Below, piece by piece: positions 62,901-64,000 of a stretch of DNA of 64,000 nt. The notes beneath the pieces are model-generated. The model made no database searches and was not told the DNA's origin. It saw only the letters and a program-made list of their open reading frames with translations. Position 1 is the first letter of the stretch. Every line of letters begins with the position of its first letter. Source of the DNA: Raja brachyura (taxonomy: Eukaryota); contig OY740792.1 of assembly GCA_963514005.1 (NCBI GenBank), forward strand, positions 61,752,001 through 61,816,000, given 5' to 3'. The position numbers and the translations under genes are program-made.

Positions 62901-63852
62901 ATGGGATAAATTGCAGACTTGATTTTTTAAATCTCAACATTTTGTAACATTGCTACATTAACGTATCTGGCCCAGCCACTTTCAACACAATCAGACCACA
63001 GTTCTGTCAAACGTACATAGTACCCCACAGTCAATAGTACATGGGCCCCAACGGGCATCCAGCTCGTCACCACCTTTTACAGCTCTCAACTATGCGATGT
63101 CAATCCGGCTGATTGTCTAATATCCAAATCATAACAATGCAAAACTCTTTCCCATTAAGCACTGGGAAAAGCAAAGCCATTGCCCCATGCCTTCCACCAC
63201 CATAAAGTTTGGTCTTCAACCTTTCTACACTTTCTCTAACTATTTCCATCTCAGTGCTTTAGCAGACCTTCAGTTGAGCTTTTGGATGGGCCCCCTTCCA
63301 CCTCTTATAATATTGCTCTCTCTGACATTAAAACCCTCCATCTAACTTGCTTATTTAAATCTTCTCTTTTCGGGTATGCACTCTTCCACCCTCCATAAGG
63401 CAACTCTCATCCAAACTTGCACCATCCGATGCTCACCTTTGTTGCAACAATACATCGAATCATTGCCCCAATGCATTTTTTATTCTTCTATTCATAAAGC
63501 CTCGTGTCTTCAGTCCGGAAGCTCGGATGATTCAGCACTGAGTAACACAGCAGGCAGAAGACTGATAGCTCAGAGAATAATGGTAATATGTGCACCCTTT
63601 TCTGGAAGGGTCAACCCAGAAGAGGGATGTATAATCTATGACTTTCAGGAAATCCTGGTTCATGACGATTCAAAACTGAAATGCAACTGAATCTCAAAAT
63701 ATTGAGCAACAGATTATTTCAAGTCTTACCTTTTCTCCCACCTCTTCATTGAGAGTTAGACTTGATAGTATAGAAAGTGCAAAAACCACCACGGTTAAAC
63801 TGCTGTGAGCTAAGAATTTAATAAGAGACCGATAAAACCCTTTTAAATGATT
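32803..63852 (-). CDS. CIP2A: CIP2A (KIAA1524), partial: last 16 coding exons (equivalent to human exons 6-21), 720 aa; 5' end outside the window
   Basis: The 16 exons splice in frame (2163 nt including the stop). Peptides such as [68 protein letters not shown] and [12 protein letters not shown] match CIP2A as recalled. Confidence 0.96.
33597..35815 (+). mobile_element. Young 5'-truncated CR1 LINE in the last CIP2A intron (antisense to the gene)
   Basis: ORFs of 362 aa and 324 aa with [25 protein letters not shown] and YADDTK; disrupted around 34680-34740. Confidence 0.93.
35901..36103. mobile_element. Palindromic Penelope-terminal-repeat insertion with 15-bp TSD
   Basis: Inverted arms about 35938-36008 and 36031-36101; TATGAATTATAAATA at 35886-35900 and 36104-36118. 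Confidence 0.8.
37124..37263 (-). CDS. CIP2A: CIP2A exon (~ex20) [24 protein letters not shown]...ARKELSIK
   Basis: AG/GT boundaries, 140 nt. Confidence 0.94.
38449..38531 (-). CDS. CIP2A: CIP2A exon (~ex19) [27 protein letters not shown]
   Basis: AG/GT boundaries, 83 nt, phases fit both neighbours. Confidence 0.9.
38646..38759 (-). CDS. CIP2A: CIP2A exon (~ex18) [37 protein letters not shown]
   Basis: AG/GTAAG boundaries, 114 nt. Confidence 0.92.
39205..39401 (-). CDS. CIP2A: CIP2A exon (~ex17) [18 protein letters not shown]...KNLSQ
   Basis: AG/GT boundaries, 197 nt; coiled-coil region. Confidence 0.94.
39908..40018 (-). CDS. CIP2A: CIP2A exon (~ex16) [37 protein letters not shown]
   Basis: AG/GT boundaries, 111 nt. 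Confidence 0.95.
41065..41139 (-). CDS. CIP2A: CIP2A exon (~ex15) [25 protein letters not shown]
   Basis: AG/GTAAGT boundaries, 75 nt. Confidence 0.94.
41299..41514. mobile_element. Harbinger-type MITE (a further one-ended copy at about 40103-40256)
   Basis: TIR AGGGCTTGTCCCACTTACG / CGTAAGTGGGACAGGCCCT. Confidence 0.7.
41520..42655 (-). mobile_element. CR1 3' fragment interrupted by an opposite-strand CR1 3' fragment (about 42060-42430)
   Basis: RTRGH.LRIRG..FRTEMR peptides on both strands; AATAC on both sides of the inner copy. Confidence 0.82.
43057..43237 (-). CDS. CIP2A: CIP2A exon (~ex14) [14 protein letters not shown]...[14 protein letters not shown]
   Basis: AG/GT boundaries, 181 nt. 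Confidence 0.92.
44435..44553 (-). CDS. CIP2A: CIP2A exon (~ex13) [39 protein letters not shown]
   Basis: AG/GTAAGT boundaries, 119 nt. Confidence 0.94.
45803..46296 (+). mobile_element. GC-rich non-autonomous retroelement with a Rex1-type tail
   Basis: Ends AAATGACAATAAA..(ATTGT); internal hairpins CCATCACAGTGA..TCACTGTGATGG and TTTGAACCTCA-A-TGAGGTTCAAA. Confidence 0.5.
46485..46584 (-). CDS. CIP2A: CIP2A exon (~ex12) [33 protein letters not shown]
   Basis: AG/GT boundaries, 100 nt. Confidence 0.92.
47216..47514 (+). mobile_element. Bipartite RTE-derived non-autonomous retroelement (RTE 5' UTR fused to RTE 3' end)
   Basis: 15-bp TSD TAACATGTAAATCCT (47201-47215 and 47515-47529); 5' part CCTTGTCGTGG..GAGCTATGCCGG..GGGCTAACAACCCTG; 3' part encodes [15 protein letters not shown]. 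Confidence 0.75.
47798..47939 (-). CDS. CIP2A: CIP2A exon (~ex11) [20 protein letters not shown]...VADMEL
   Basis: AC acceptor (U12), GTAAGC donor, 142 nt. Confidence 0.92.
47940..48255 (-). other. U12-type (minor spliceosome) AT-AC intron of CIP2A, 316 nt
   Basis: 5' splice site ATATCCTTT, branch site TTCTCTTAAC (47958-47949), 3' end TTTAC|. This splice gives ILL-V-LCGDD in frame. Confidence 0.92.
48256..48415 (-). CDS. CIP2A: CIP2A exon (~ex10) EIIDSTLW...[10 protein letters not shown], followed by a U12 donor
   Basis: AG acceptor; 160 nt; ends at G|ATATCCTT. Confidence 0.92.
49785..50009 (-). CDS. CIP2A: CIP2A exon (~ex9) [11 protein letters not shown]...[14 protein letters not shown]
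   Basis: AG/GT boundaries, 225 nt; lies within ORF 49773..50042. Confidence 0.94.
50755..56038 (+). mobile_element. L1-clade LINE with both ends preserved (5' UTR, ORF1 about 51079-51955, ORF2 about 52585-55690, A-rich tail), decayed, antisense in a CIP2A intron
   Basis: 13-bp TSD AAAGTTCAAACAC (50742-50754 and 56039-56051); ORF1 [26 protein letters not shown]; ORF2 [27 protein letters not shown]; multiple stops and frameshifts. Confidence 0.93.
57072..57147 (-). CDS. CIP2A: CIP2A exon (~ex8) [25 protein letters not shown]
   Basis: AG/GT boundaries, 76 nt. Confidence 0.93.
58407..58552 (-). CDS. CIP2A: CIP2A exon (~ex7) [48 protein letters not shown]
   Basis: AG/GT boundaries, 146 nt. Confidence 0.95.
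59255..62955 (+). mobile_element. Second copy of the TAG...CTA DNA transposon, carrying a nested insertion of about 2.7 kb (about 59814-62478)
   Basis: Ends colinear with 18260-19295; TSD CATTACC/CATTAAC; the insert contains (CTAT)n, C-rich tracts and an antisense L1 3' piece (about 60790-61225). Confidence 0.8.
63730..63852 (-). CDS. CIP2A: CIP2A exon (~ex6) [41 protein letters not shown]
   Basis: AG/GT boundaries, 123 nt, phase 0/0. Confidence 0.95.
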
Positions 63853-64000
63853 CTGTGGAAATGAAGAAAGAAATAAAAAAGTTCAAATAGTTATTTATTC
63901 TGCTGCTAATCAAGCAACACTCACCGTAATTCTATTTTCAATTTTATGTTATTTTAATGTCAAAATCTCACAAAAAATGTCAATATTGATTCAAAATGTT

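Overview
Repeat-rich vertebrate genomic DNA. The repeat content (CR1, Penelope, V-SINE, Rex1, L1, L2) and the divergence of the proteins point to a cartilaginous fish, probably a skate or ray (inference). Two convergent genes could be spliced by hand. (1) On the + strand is a complete B7-family gene with leader-IgV-IgC-IgV-TM exons (CDS 16805-31049, about 368 aa). Its architecture and motifs match HHLA2/B7-H7, but the cytoplasmic tail is only about 7 residues. (2) On the - strand are the last 16 coding exons of CIP2A/KIAA1524 (63852-32803, 720 aa in frame; the 5' part lies beyond the window), including a clear U12-type AT-AC intron at 47940-48255. The two stop codons are only about 1.75 kb apart, leaving no room for MYH15, which lies between these genes in human. 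The introns hold a TSD-flanked L1 with both ends preserved, a young CR1, Penelope elements with decayed minimal hammerhead-ribozyme motifs, a bipartite RTE-derived element, Harbinger-type MITEs, a TAG...CTA DNA transposon with 7-bp TSDs, Helitron-like pieces, and a 1.8-kb foldback palindrome just upstream of the HHLA2 start codon. I found no convincing wholly new biological system. The best leads are the tail-less HHLA2, the missing MYH15, the AT-AC intron, the foldback element and the ribozyme-type retroelements. Human protein comparisons and TE family assignments are from memory, not from database searches.
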